A stretch of 64,000 nt of DNA. It comes from Oceanispirochaeta sp. Its GTDB lineage: Bacteria; Spirochaetota; Spirochaetia; DSM-2461. The notes under the pieces were generated by a model. The model saw only the letters and a program-made list of their open reading frames with translations. It had not been told where the DNA came from and made no database searches. A program made the position numbers and the translations under genes. The DNA lies in NCBI GenBank assembly GCA_963663385.2, contig CAXXXD010000003.1, forward strand, positions 128,001-192,000, given 5' to 3'. Every line of letters begins with the position of its first letter. The stretch's first letter is position 1. Below are positions 37,238-47,311 of the stretch, piece by piece.

Positions 37238-39232
37238 TTATGATCTCCTCAAAAGAGGCATGAACAGACCGCCCTGCACGGTCCGGTTCTGAAAATCCCG
37301 GCACCGCCCTGTATCGGTTTCATACCAGTCCGAGAAGGGAACCCTGTCCGGAGTCTCTCTTAAAAAGCGGAATACCGGGCGAATCAGGGCTGCCCGGTCC
37401 TCCTTCGATTCGGCGAAGGAGGCGCACCATAGAATCCAGTCGCTTTTCGTGTATTTCGCCCGGTTGTCCAGCGGCACTCCGTATTTATCCTGTTTCCGCA
37501 GGTACCAGGCGGTCTCCCTGGCAAAAATGCGGGGAGAGAAGAGGTTTGTCTCCAGAACCAGATCCCAGATGAGGTTGTATTTCTGTCCCCAGGACTCCGG
37601 TCTGTCAAAGGTCAGCGCTGAATGATCCGGTTGGAGAAATACCCGTTCCTCCCAGTCAGCCGCCAGCGATTCACTGCGCTTCCTGTATCCTTCAGCCTCT
37701 TCCTTTTCTCCAAGGGCTTCCAGCAGGATGGCATAAGAGGCTATTCCAAGAACGGCCTTGGCCGCCAGGTTGGCGTTGTGGGCCAGATGGCCGGCAAAAT
37801 CATCGGTACAGAGCTGGTTGCCCGGATCCCTCCCGTACTCGAGGAGGTAGCGCACCCAGCTGCCGTAGAGGTCCCGGTTTTCCCCGACGAATGCCAGATC
37901 GCCGTCGGCCCGATAGAGGGCCGCCGCCATTATCAGCATGTTCCCGCACTCCTCCACAGGCATCTGGCGGTCAAAATCATAGAGGTTGGAACCCTTCGGG
38001 TAGGAGTAATACGGCGGAATGGTGTCGTTTCTATCCTGACCGTCTTTTTTACCTGGGGCCAGCTCGGAGTTCAGAGCATAGATCTGACCGTTGGCATAGG
38101 GGTATCGGCCCACGTCATGGGGGGCGAAGTCGTACTCCCATACGGGTCTGCGGGCAAAAGTTAGAACCGGTCTTATCATGCCCTTGACCAGTTCGGGATT
38201 ATAGAGGAGATAGAGCGGTACGGAAGGATAACTGACATCCACCGTGCCTATACAGCCGTTGGAATGGCACTCTTTGGAGAGAAAAACCGGATGCCCGTTC
38301 CGGTCGGCGATCAGTTTATGGGCGGCTATGGACTGGCGGAATGCCAGCGAGAGGATTTCGGCGTATTCGCCGGAAATGGCGTTCTTCGCTGACCGGGACA
38401 CCTCTTCATCCATACGGGTACACCGTTCCATGACGGTCTGGTAATCCCTTTCCGCGTCCTCCAGCGCTTCAAATATGGTCCGGCCTTCACGGGCCCAGTA
38501 TCCCCGGTACGTTTCGCCGAAATAAACCAGAGAGGCGGTATCGTCATAAGCCAGAAGGAGCCTGGCCGACGTTTCTGCCGAAACCTCATGAAACTGCAGC
38601 AGAGCTCCGATAGCCATCTCCGATCCGGGCTCGGTATCGCATGTAAAAAGACGGTGACCGCTGTCATTTCCCACGGCCAGATAGAGATACCCCCAATCAA
38701 TGGTAATTCCGTCACCCGAGTGGTTGAGCGGAGTCTGTTTCGCTTTTCCCAGAGATATGGCACTGAGACTTTCGAGCTTATGCTCCCGTACAACCATATT
38801 CTCCGGGTTGTCTCCACCTCTGCAGTGGGACTCATCCATTGTAATGCTCAGATCTACGGAATGGGTTTTTCCGTCCATCGGCCGAACGGAAAAGGACAGA
38901 TAGGTTACAGGCCTGGAAACCAGGTCCAGGTCATCGGGCAGAAGGGGGGAGGTAAAGCGAACTGAGAGCTCTATGCCTTCGGCTGCAAAAGTGTAGATTG
39001 ATGAAAGGGCCGTGAGATCAAAACCGGTTTGCTCCATGGTTCTCCCGGAATTGTCGAGTCCCATAAAACGGTAGACGGTTCCGTCAATGCGGGCCGTACC
39101 GGTCAGGGGCTGCTTTCTTCCTGTCCAGTTAACCACTTCGCTTTCGTAGAGCTTGTCCGAAGGGGACCAGAGCGAAAAATAGGGGTCATGCGTCACCAGG
39201 GGGACGGCGGGGTATCGTTTTGTTTTTGTCAT
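37238..39232 (-). CDS. DUF4965/DUF5127/DUF1793 'glutaminase A-like' protein
   Basis: RYPAVPLVTHDPYFSLWS, IDWGYLY, SKECHSNGCIGTVDV, APHDVGRYP, MPVEECGNM, NQLCTDDFAGH, YTKSDW; GGAGG RBS. Confidence 0.85.
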   Translation of the reverse strand: MTKTKRYPAVPLVTHDPYFSLWSPSDKLYESEVVNWTGRKQPLTGTARIDGTVYRFMGLDNSGRTMEQTGFDLTALSSIYTFAAEGIELSVRFTSPLLPDDLDLVSRPVTYLSFSVRPMDGKTHSVDLSITMDESHCRGGDNPENMVVREHKLESLSAISLGKAKQTPLNHSGDGITIDWGYLYLAVGNDSGHRLFTCDTEPGSEMAIGALLQFHEVSAETSARLLLAYDDTASLVYFGETYRGYWAREGRTIFEALEDAERDYQTVMERCTRMDEEVSRSAKNAISGEYAEILSLAFRQSIAAHKLIADRNGHPVFLSKECHSNGCIGTVDVSYPSVPLYLLYNPELVKGMIRPVLTFARRPVWEYDFAPHDVGRYPYANGQIYALNSELAPGKKDGQDRNDTIPPYYSYPKGSNLYDFDRQMPVEECGNMLIMAAALYRADGDLAFVGENRDLYGSWVRYLLEYGRDPGNQLCTDDFAGHLAHNANLAAKAVLGIASYAILLEALGEKEEAEGYRKRSESLAADWEERVFLQPDHSALTFDRPESWGQKYNLIWDLVLETNLFSPRIFARETAWYLRKQDKYGVPLDNRAKYTKSDWILWCASFAESKEDRAALIRPVFRFLRETPDRVPFSDWYETDTGRCRDFQNRTVQGGLFMPLLRRS

Positions 39233-39387
39233 TGTATCCTCCGAAAATATCCTATGCCGGGATAGACATCAGGAAAATGGCTGAAATTGTATAATAGATA
39301 TCCAATACTATACTGCTTGTATTCTGAGATATTCAAAAACATCAATTTTGTTGACTTCAAGGTGTTTTAAGAGCAATAATCTTCTTT

Positions 39388-40242
39388 ATGATATATACGG
39401 AAGATATCCGAAATAATATTCCTGCAGAATCCAGAGAGGAGTTCATACCCGTTGATATTCCGGGAGCGGAACTTGCCGGCAAGTGGGGCATTCAGCTGGC
39501 CGGCATCAGCGATCTGACCGAAGGCTATCAGATGGGACGGCGGGATTGCCCCTTTACCGTGCTTATCTGCGTTCTGTCAGGAGAGGGATTCTGTTATTTC
39601 GACGGGAAGCCGCACGCCCTGAAAGAGGGAAACATCCTTATGATCCGTTTCGGCGAGGATCATATCTACCGGGCTTCGGGAACCTGGCGAATTCTGTGGT
39701 TTCACCTGGACTGTTGTTTCCGGAAGGAAACGGAGTCCCCTTTCTTTATCAGATCCGATGGGGAGCTGATTCAATCGCTTTACCGAATTTCCCTGACCTT
39801 TCTGAGGGAGAGCCAGGGGGAAAGGAACGGTATGATCCTGTATAATCTCGGGAGTCTGATTGCTTTAATGATACGCCGTATTCTGGCTTACCCCTCATCG
39901 GGAGTGCGGCAGAGCCGGGACAGGCAGATTATAGAAAGGCTTCGCCGGGAAGCGAGCCGCGATCTGTCCAGGGACTGGACTGTGGGTGAACTGGCTGAAC
40001 TGGCAAATATTACACCATCCTATCTCTTCAAGATAACGGGGCGTACCCTTGATCTTTCGCCTCAGGGATTTGTGACACAGATGAAAATGGAGCTGGCCGT
40101 TCAGCTCCTTAATCATTCCGATTATCCCCTGAAATACATCGCCGACAGGCTGGGCTACTCTACGCCTTACGCTTTTTCAAAGGCTTTCAGGAAGCGTTAC
40201 GGTGTCAGTCCGGGGGCTTTCCGGAATGGAGAGAGGTCCTAG
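39388..40242 (+). CDS. AraC-family transcriptional regulator
   Basis: IADRLGYSTPYAFSKAFRKRYGVSPGAFR; divergent from the DUF4965 gene. Confidence 0.92.
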   Translation: MIYTEDIRNNIPAESREEFIPVDIPGAELAGKWGIQLAGISDLTEGYQMGRRDCPFTVLICVLSGEGFCYFDGKPHALKEGNILMIRFGEDHIYRASGTWRILWFHLDCCFRKETESPFFIRSDGELIQSLYRISLTFLRESQGERNGMILYNLGSLIALMIRRILAYPSSGVRQSRDRQIIERLRREASRDLSRDWTVGELAELANITPSYLFKITGRTLDLSPQGFVTQMKMELAVQLLNHSDYPLKYIADRLGYSTPYAFSKAFRKRYGVSPGAFRNGERS

Positions 40243-40298
40243 TCCGGGGATTGCCTCTGAATCGATGTTTCCGATACCGTAACCTTATATCATTTCTT

Positions 40299-42401
40299 TC
40301 ACTCAAAAACCATCCGGAACCGGGCCAGCCCGTCATCCTCATACCACATGGGGAAATTGGTACCCCAGAGATTATTGGAGATATTGAAGTGGACTCCTTC
40401 CCGCATATCGGGCTGGGACTGGTCAAATTCCAGTATCCTCGGCCTGCCGGGACTCAGCAGAGGTATGTCGAGGGTTTCGATTCTCAGGGATTCACCGCCA
40501 TCGAGGCAGCTGATTCCCCTCTCCGTGCAGTGGAGAGCCCTGTTGCCTCCGTTGATGATTTCGAATGGAGAGACGGATATTCCCATTTTGTCTATACTCC
40601 ATTCCGCCTGTTCCGTAAACTGCGGGATAAAGGAAAACCAGAGCGCCTCAGGTATGCGGCAGGCTTTCTTGTCCGACCATTTCAGTTCGATCTCAATCTC
40701 TCCGCTGCCGGGAAATGTGTATGTAATTCCCACATACTTCGGTGCGCCGAATCTCTCTGTGCATTCTCCGGGCATTTCCAGGAATACCGCAAGGCGTTCC
40801 TTTCCATGGCTGTTCCGGAAAAATGAGACCCTCTCTGCCTCGAAGAATTGATGGTTCAGATCTGTGAGATTCTCCAACCCCGGTTTGGTGTAGTCGGGAA
40901 CAGCCCAGCCTGAGGTCCAGTCCTTGTTGATATTGTAACGTTCGTGAAAAACCCTGTAGGAGGAGGCTGTAAACAGTTCGTATCTGAATAGCCCCAGAGC
41001 CTTTCCTTTTTCGCACCATGACCGCCCCGTTCCTGTATCTGCCAGGAAGGTCAGAGCGCCTGTGCTCCGTGAGAAGGAGAACCGGAATCCGCCCATTTCC
41101 ATTTCATCCGGGGGATCGATTTCCCTGAATTCCTTTGCCATCATCTTTTTCCGGGAAAGAGGGGCGGGGGATATCATGGCCAGGGCCTCTTCGGCTTCTC
41201 TTCTGAACCGGTCGTTCTGAAGGGACGCTACAGCCTGATCGATGTAGTTCCGCTGTTCCTTCCAGGAGGATTCGAACCTGCTGTATGAAGGTCCGATAGG
41301 ATCGTCTCTTTCAGAGCTATGGTCGTCCTCATCGAGTTTAAAGGCGCAGAATCTCATATCGGCACCGGTAGTGATATCCCGTGGCACCGAATCTCTTTGT
41401 CTCGCACTGGTAAAATCCTCCCGGCTGTAATTAACATAGTCTTTCAGATGAGTCTTTTCATCCATTCCCCATGTGTGCTCGGGAACCATGAGCAGTTTTC
41501 CTGTGAATTCTTTAAATCCAGGTTCCTCTTTGCATTCTGCGGATTCTTCCCATTTCCGTCTTAGACGGCTTAACTGTCTGAACCGGGCCGTTTTAAGAGG
41601 ATCCGAACCGACTCCGTGAATCCATGTGTCTCCCATCTCTCCCGTAACGAGGGGAAGATTTCCGCTTACGGTTCGCAGGCGTTCGGCAAAATGGTCGAGG
41701 GTCGATCCGGTGATGGTTGCGCCCGGGTATCTGTCGTGCAGTCTTCCGAATTCCTGATTCAGCTCCTCTACCGAAGGGGGGCCGCAGTTATCTCCCGAGT
41801 GAGCAAAGAAGAGCAGATCGTTGAATCCGTCGATTTTCAGAGGCTGACCGTAGCCTGAAACGTAATTGACCGTCACCTGACTCCCGCAGGGAGACCGCCA
41901 GTTGAAAAGAGGGGGCAGGTCGATGGTTGTGGAAGCGGGATTAACTCCTATATGGAGGAATTCGACACCCGCATCGGCCAGAAGCGGAATGATAGCTCTG
42001 CAGTGACCGGGGACATCAGTCATTTTCCCCGCTATGGTTTTCCTGCCGAATCTTTGGTCGAGGCGTTTAGAAATGGCCAGCCCCGCCCGGAAGAGGCTGC
42101 TGTCCATATACTCCGAGTGGACTGTGAAGGGGAGGGCGTGCCAGGCAATATCTCCGGAGAGGATGGCCTCCTCCATCTTTCCCCTCATTTGTCTGCTGCC
42201 CTTCTCCAGGTATTCCTCAATCAGCCAGGATCCTGTCGTCCATATAAAGCGATTGCCCTCGCCTTTCTTTCTCGTTCTCTCGGCAAGATCCAGAGCCGCC
42301 GGGATGAAGTTACGGAAATAATTATCTGTAACAGACGCCGCCGTATCGGTAAACCCTATATCAAGATGGGTCTTAAAAACCACGTGAATTGTTTTCTTCA
42401 T
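40299..42401 (-). CDS. DUF5054-domain protein with GH38/GH57-like N-terminal barrel (putative glycoside hydrolase)
   Basis: HVVFKTHLDIGFT, WHALPF, MTDVPGH, FLHIGVN, GDNCGP, EMGDTWIHG, PEHTWG; C-terminal NNLWGTNFPMW. Confidence 0.8.
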   Translation of the reverse strand: MKKTIHVVFKTHLDIGFTDTAASVTDNYFRNFIPAALDLAERTRKKGEGNRFIWTTGSWLIEEYLEKGSRQMRGKMEEAILSGDIAWHALPFTVHSEYMDSSLFRAGLAISKRLDQRFGRKTIAGKMTDVPGHCRAIIPLLADAGVEFLHIGVNPASTTIDLPPLFNWRSPCGSQVTVNYVSGYGQPLKIDGFNDLLFFAHSGDNCGPPSVEELNQEFGRLHDRYPGATITGSTLDHFAERLRTVSGNLPLVTGEMGDTWIHGVGSDPLKTARFRQLSRLRRKWEESAECKEEPGFKEFTGKLLMVPEHTWGMDEKTHLKDYVNYSREDFTSARQRDSVPRDITTGADMRFCAFKLDEDDHSSERDDPIGPSYSRFESSWKEQRNYIDQAVASLQNDRFRREAEEALAMISPAPLSRKKMMAKEFREIDPPDEMEMGGFRFSFSRSTGALTFLADTGTGRSWCEKGKALGLFRYELFTASSYRVFHERYNINKDWTSGWAVPDYTKPGLENLTDLNHQFFEAERVSFFRNSHGKERLAVFLEMPGECTERFGAPKYVGITYTFPGSGEIEIELKWSDKKACRIPEALWFSFIPQFTEQAEWSIDKMGISVSPFEIINGGNRALHCTERGISCLDGGESLRIETLDIPLLSPGRPRILEFDQSQPDMREGVHFNISNNLWGTNFPMWYEDDGLARFRMVFE

Positions 42402-42619
42402 AATGAACCCATTCTATGAACAGTTGCTGGATCAGTCAATTTATGGAATGAGAGGGGGATGTTTTGTTTAATTCTTTTTAAGATAAAGGAATAATTTTTT
42501 TATGTTTGATAAGTTGTATCAAAAGAGGTATTTTATTTGCAACAAAATATATATAATTGTATCATTAATTGATGCTGACTTTCTTGTTTTGTAGTATGAA
42601 TAAGGGGTCGAAGGAACAG

Positions 42620-43711
42620 ATGAAGAAATTTGAAAAGGTAAAGCAGTATATACTGGAAAAGATCCAATCGGGATTGCTGGTTCCGGGAGACAGAATCCCT
42701 ACGGAAGCCGAACTGACGGACAGATTCTCCTTCAGCCGGAATCCCGTACGCAAAGCTCTGGATGAACTCGCTGCCGAAGGGTATATCGAAAAAGTCCATG
42801 GAAGCGGTTCCTATGTCAGAGAGGATATGCCGGATGATGAGATCAATATCAATGTGATAATGTACTACAACCGTTTTCTTGAGTCCCGAATCATTCAGGG
42901 AATGAGAAAAGCCGTGGACCATTGCAGCTACAGTCATATTAATCTCATTCTTAAACGGCCGGGTAAAAGCTTTTCGGAATACAGGGAAATTCTGGAGAAT
43001 GCGGGAAAAGGGAAGAAATGCGGGGTACTTTGTGTTCCCCTTATAGACAGGACTGTCTCTTTCATCAGGCTTCTTGAGGCGTCATTCCGTAAACTGGAAA
43101 AAGCCGGCATCCCCCTTGTCCAGGTGGATCAGTTCATCACCGGAGACAAGGGATCCTGCGTCATGTCGGATCACAGGAGGGGGGCGGCTGATATGACCCG
43201 GCTCATACTTGAGAATGGGCACAGGAAGATAGCGGTCATTCATGAAAGATTTATTCCCCCTTCCATCAGTCTCAGGATAGAAGGGGTGGAGGATGCGGTT
43301 GCCTCTTTCGGCAGGCCCGTTCCGCCCCCTCTGTTTATAGGTGTTGACCCCGGGGACATTGCCGAACAGGGCTTCCGGATCCTCCGGGACTTTACGGAGA
43401 AGGGAATAACGGCGGTTTTCTGCCTCAATTGTGAACTGGCTTTCGAGATGAACCGCCTCTTCCGCCGTTTCGATATCCGCATCCCCGGGGATTTATCCCT
43501 CTGCTCGTTTGATGACCACTGTTTTTCCGAAGAAGTGGACCGCAGAGCGATAACCGCAGTCATTCAGCCTTTTGAGAGTGTCGGCTACTACGCGGCTAAC
43601 ATTCTTCTTGATCATATTCTCGGGAGAACGTCCGGACAGGTCACTATGCTTTTAAAGCCCGAAATCATCGATCGCGGGAGTCTGGGAATCTGTCCGGGCA
43701 GCTGTATTTAA
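42620..43711 (+). CDS. GntR-wHTH/LacI-sensor hybrid regulator (AraR-like)
   Basis: PGDRIPTEAEL...SRNPVRKAL...GSGSYV fused to a periplasmic-binding-protein-like domain (IPGDLSLCSFDD, ITAVIQP); start at MKKFEK with AAGGA RBS. Confidence 0.9.
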   Translation: MKKFEKVKQYILEKIQSGLLVPGDRIPTEAELTDRFSFSRNPVRKALDELAAEGYIEKVHGSGSYVREDMPDDEININVIMYYNRFLESRIIQGMRKAVDHCSYSHINLILKRPGKSFSEYREILENAGKGKKCGVLCVPLIDRTVSFIRLLEASFRKLEKAGIPLVQVDQFITGDKGSCVMSDHRRGAADMTRLILENGHRKIAVIHERFIPPSISLRIEGVEDAVASFGRPVPPPLFIGVDPGDIAEQGFRILRDFTEKGITAVFCLNCELAFEMNRLFRRFDIRIPGDLSLCSFDDHCFSEEVDRRAITAVIQPFESVGYYAANILLDHILGRTSGQVTMLLKPEIIDRGSLGICPGSCI

Positions 43712-43839
43712 ACAGGGGTAGATGGTCCGGTACCGAAATCGTGCCGGAAGTATGGGGATATGCAAGCACTCATGTCGAACCTCTCCCAACATAAAAAGGG
43801 GATCCCTATGGGTCTCTCCGGGGTATCATTGAAGAGGAA

Positions 43840-45507
43840 TCAACAGTTATCAGTAATTGTCTCGATCCTGTTCCGTCCATTCCTTTTGGCTTTATACAGA
43901 GCCCTGTCTGCCAGATCAACCATCTGTTCGACCGTATGCGACGGATCGTAAGCTGTTACTCCCAGGCTGAGGGTCAGGCTCCCATCTTTTAAACAGCCCG
44001 ATTCCTTTTGCCGGATGTTATGCCGGATGCGTTCGCAGATGGAAACGGCTCCGGACAGATCGGTTTCAATAAAGAGCAGCAGGAATTCTTCTCCCCCCCA
44101 GCGGCAGATAAAGTCTGTATCCCGGCATTCCTCCTTCAGCAGGGCCGCCGTATTTTTCAGAACTTCGTCTCCGCACTCATGACCGTAAGTGTCATTGACA
44201 TTCTTAAAAAAATCCAGATCCGCCATGGCCAGGGAGAAGGTCCTGCCGCTTCTTTCTGTTCTGTGGATCTCCTGATTGAAAATTTCCAGCATCTTTCTGC
44301 GGTTGAGCAAACCCGTCAGGGAATCTGTATTGGCCAGGAGAGAAACTTTTTCGTAGAGAAAGGCATTATGAAGGACAAGACCGATCTGTTCTCCCATGAA
44401 ATAGAAGAAATCCCGGTCCAGTACATCAATTCTCATTTTACTGGTATATACAATGGATATGGCCCCTATAATACCTTCTGAGGTTTTAAGGGGAATACTG
44501 ACAAATTCCGTTACCCCTCTGGCTCTGTACGCTTCCGCAATACTCCGGTTCGGGTAATTATCTACATTCATCACAATAACACGGTCCTCTTCAATTGCTC
44601 TGCCCGATGCACCTTCTCCCTTCTTCAGTGTCGTAACATCATCCAGAGGCAGGTCGAGCTCATTGAAAATATAGGCAATGGAGTGGCTTTCCTTTTCTTT
44701 ATCCACCAGAAAGATTGCCGCTGTGTCGATGTTCATGGATACCTTCAGTATCTCTTCAATGGACTTGTACAGCTCTTCCAGTTCCAAATGCCTGGCTGTG
44801 TTATGGAGGAAGTTGAAGAGGTATTTCAGTTTATCCTTCTCCCTGACTATCAGATGATTCTTCTTTCGCAGAGAGGCATTGAACATGCCCATCAGGTACA
44901 TAAGATTGAAAATAATAAGATACAGGAAGCTTATGGTAGTCATTAGGTTTATGTCGAACAGGGAGTTAACCGCACCCGTTCCTGAAATGGTGACAACTGA
45001 ACGGGTCAGATAGAAAAGGATGGAGAAGCTGAACAGGTATAATAGTTCCCGTGTATCCCTTGTCTTCTTTTTCCGGGTGGAGTAGATCCTGATCATCAGA
45101 AATACCGCGTATAAGTAGAAAACCATGAGTATACTGGAAATAATAATGATTCTTATGGAGGTATTAAAATTTATGAAACTGAAGTAGACAAACAGGACCC
45201 AGTAAACCGCAGATACACTCAGCAGAAAAGGATAATTAACAGAATACCTCCTGTCCTCAATACTCAGAGTTGAGGAGATCTGAAAAAAGAACCCCAGAAG
45301 AAGAAGGTAATTGGCAGTACAGATGGATAGAAAAGGGGGGAGTTTCTGCTGCATTAATATAAGGAAAAACCCGGCAAAGAGGAGATACGATGAGGCCAGC
45401 CACTCCATCCGGCCAAGACTGTCCGTATTACGTGTGACAATGGAGGTAAAAAGGGTATTAACCGCCAATATGATGATTAGAGTATATAGAAGTGTAAAAT
45501 TATCCAT
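43840..45507 (-). CDS. Membrane-bound diguanylate cyclase with GAF domain
   Basis: About 6-7 N-terminal TM helices, GAF domain, TDSLTGLLNRR, DLDFFKNVNDTYGH, I-site RDTD five residues before GGEEF. Confidence 0.93.
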   Translation of the reverse strand: MDNFTLLYTLIIILAVNTLFTSIVTRNTDSLGRMEWLASSYLLFAGFFLILMQQKLPPFLSICTANYLLLLGFFFQISSTLSIEDRRYSVNYPFLLSVSAVYWVLFVYFSFINFNTSIRIIIISSILMVFYLYAVFLMIRIYSTRKKKTRDTRELLYLFSFSILFYLTRSVVTISGTGAVNSLFDINLMTTISFLYLIIFNLMYLMGMFNASLRKKNHLIVREKDKLKYLFNFLHNTARHLELEELYKSIEEILKVSMNIDTAAIFLVDKEKESHSIAYIFNELDLPLDDVTTLKKGEGASGRAIEEDRVIVMNVDNYPNRSIAEAYRARGVTEFVSIPLKTSEGIIGAISIVYTSKMRIDVLDRDFFYFMGEQIGLVLHNAFLYEKVSLLANTDSLTGLLNRRKMLEIFNQEIHRTERSGRTFSLAMADLDFFKNVNDTYGHECGDEVLKNTAALLKEECRDTDFICRWGGEEFLLLFIETDLSGAVSICERIRHNIRQKESGCLKDGSLTLSLGVTAYDPSHTVEQMVDLADRALYKAKRNGRNRIETITDNC

Positions 45508-45567
45508 ACCCTTTCAGTATCGGCTGGTACCGGAGGGGTATGGAATACTTTCTGTCTTACTCTCTAT

Positions 45568-46962
45568 CTAAACCGCGATTCTGTCCGGATTCCCTTCCCT
45601 GTTTGTATCGTCCGGTTCAATATTCAGGTTCAGCCATTTTCTGTTGTGGAACCGCAGGTACAGAATGGTTCCGAATACAGCAAAGGATATCATCTCGGCA
45701 TACCAGATTCCTGGAATCCCTGTATTCATATATATGACAAACAGATAGGACAGGGGAACGAAAATCAGCCACAGCCGGCTTACCGTATTAACCATCACCG
45801 CTCTGGTATCTCCGGCTCCCCTGAGAGCTCCTCCCAGTACGATATTCATATTAAGACCCATCTGGTTAAGCCCTAAAAAAATCATGGCAGACAGAGACGC
45901 TTTTATCAGGGCCGGATCCGTGGAAAAGAGGGTCAGGATACTTTTCGGAAAGAGGAGGAACACAGCGCCGATCAGAACACCCCACAGTATCCCCATTCCC
46001 GTTGAAAGGTAACCGGTGGCCACAGCCTTGTCAGGCTCTCTCTCTCCCAGAGCTTTTCCTACCAGAGTCGCCGTAGCGATGGAGATGCCTACGGCAGGCA
46101 TAAAGGAGAGGGATTCTATCTGGATAAGGACACGGAAAGCTGCTTCGGCTGCCGTATCAAGCCGGGAAATAATCACGGACATGGCCAGAAAACTGAGCTG
46201 CATCAACCCCTGTTCAATTCCGCCGGGAAGGCTTATTTTCCAGAGGGGATCCAGAATGGATCTGTCAAAAAAGAGATGGAGACGGAGTCTGATCCTGGAA
46301 GGTTTTACATACAAAACAAAAATATAGATTACCATACCCAGTATTCTGGACCCGGATGTTGCCCAGGCGGCACCGGCTATGCCCAGAACGGGAAAGGGAC
46401 CGGCTCCCGTTATCAGCAGATAGTTTCCAATTATATTTACTCCGTTGGCAATCCCTGTTACCGCCATGGGGGTGACCGTATCACCGGCTCCCCTTAAAAT
46501 AGCGGCAAAGGCAAAACTGAGGAACATGGGAACGAAACCGACCAGGATTATGCGGAAATAGATTAGGCTGTTCCGGTAAATGTCAGGGGAGGTATCAAAA
46601 ATCCCCAGTATTCTGGAAGCGAAAACAATGGACAGTCCCATAATAACTAAAGAGATAATCAGGTTGAGAATAACGTTCTGCTGGGCAATGATTTTGAGTT
46701 TTGAATAATCCTTCTCTCCCAGGCTGCGGGAAATCAGGGCAACCGCTCCCGTATTAAAAGAGGAGAAAACAAATATCAGAACAAAGACAATCTGATTGGC
46801 AAAACCCACTGCCGCCAGGGCTTCGGTTCCCACCATGCGGCTGATCATGATGGTATCGCTTACGCCCAGCATGGTATTCAGAGCCATTTCGCCGATAGCC
46901 GGCAGAGATATGCTTATAATGCTGAGAATCAGGGCTTTGCGTCCTTTCAGAAATCTATTCAA
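45568..46962 (-). CDS. MATE-family efflux transporter
   Basis: About 12 TM helices; LRGAGDT occurs twice; GIAGAAWAT. Confidence 0.93.
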   Translation of the reverse strand: MNRFLKGRKALILSIISISLPAIGEMALNTMLGVSDTIMISRMVGTEALAAVGFANQIVFVLIFVFSSFNTGAVALISRSLGEKDYSKLKIIAQQNVILNLIISLVIMGLSIVFASRILGIFDTSPDIYRNSLIYFRIILVGFVPMFLSFAFAAILRGAGDTVTPMAVTGIANGVNIIGNYLLITGAGPFPVLGIAGAAWATSGSRILGMVIYIFVLYVKPSRIRLRLHLFFDRSILDPLWKISLPGGIEQGLMQLSFLAMSVIISRLDTAAEAAFRVLIQIESLSFMPAVGISIATATLVGKALGEREPDKAVATGYLSTGMGILWGVLIGAVFLLFPKSILTLFSTDPALIKASLSAMIFLGLNQMGLNMNIVLGGALRGAGDTRAVMVNTVSRLWLIFVPLSYLFVIYMNTGIPGIWYAEMISFAVFGTILYLRFHNRKWLNLNIEPDDTNREGNPDRIAV

Positions 46963-47177
46963 TTCGTAAAATCCTCCGTATAACAGGAATTGGTTTTATC
47001 ATATAAGAAGGGCGCGGAACAAGAGGCGGAAGATGCAATCAGGTAAAAATAAATAATCTATTCTTATTAATCATTTACTTTCGGCATAAAACGCTAATGG
47101 TAAATGCAGGAAGACTGTTATCTGTAAATAAAATTGAAAAGACTCCTCAAATCAAATTGTGTCAGTACTTAAGTCGC

Positions 47178-47225
47178 TATCAAAGCAATACAGCATTTGA
47201 TAAATATTACTGATATGGGTATAGT
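47178..47225 (+). promoter_or_regulatory. Candidate promoter of the amino-acid ABC operon with an inverted repeat over the -35
   Basis: TTGATA(47197-202)-17 nt-TATAGT(47220-25); TATCAAA-N11-TTTGATA inverted repeat (47178-202). Confidence 0.45.
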
Positions 47226-47311
47226 TTAATAAAAAAGGAATCCTTATTCTGATGAAATCCGTGTAAAACCCGATCCGGTAAGCCTATAATGAAGGGTAAG
47301 GAAGTAATGCA

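Noticed and set aside
47159..47167. Half-match (GTGTCAGT) to the LacI operator, and a similar half-site TGTAAGT at 28633-28639
   Set aside because: Only one arm matches, so these were not counted as regulon sites.
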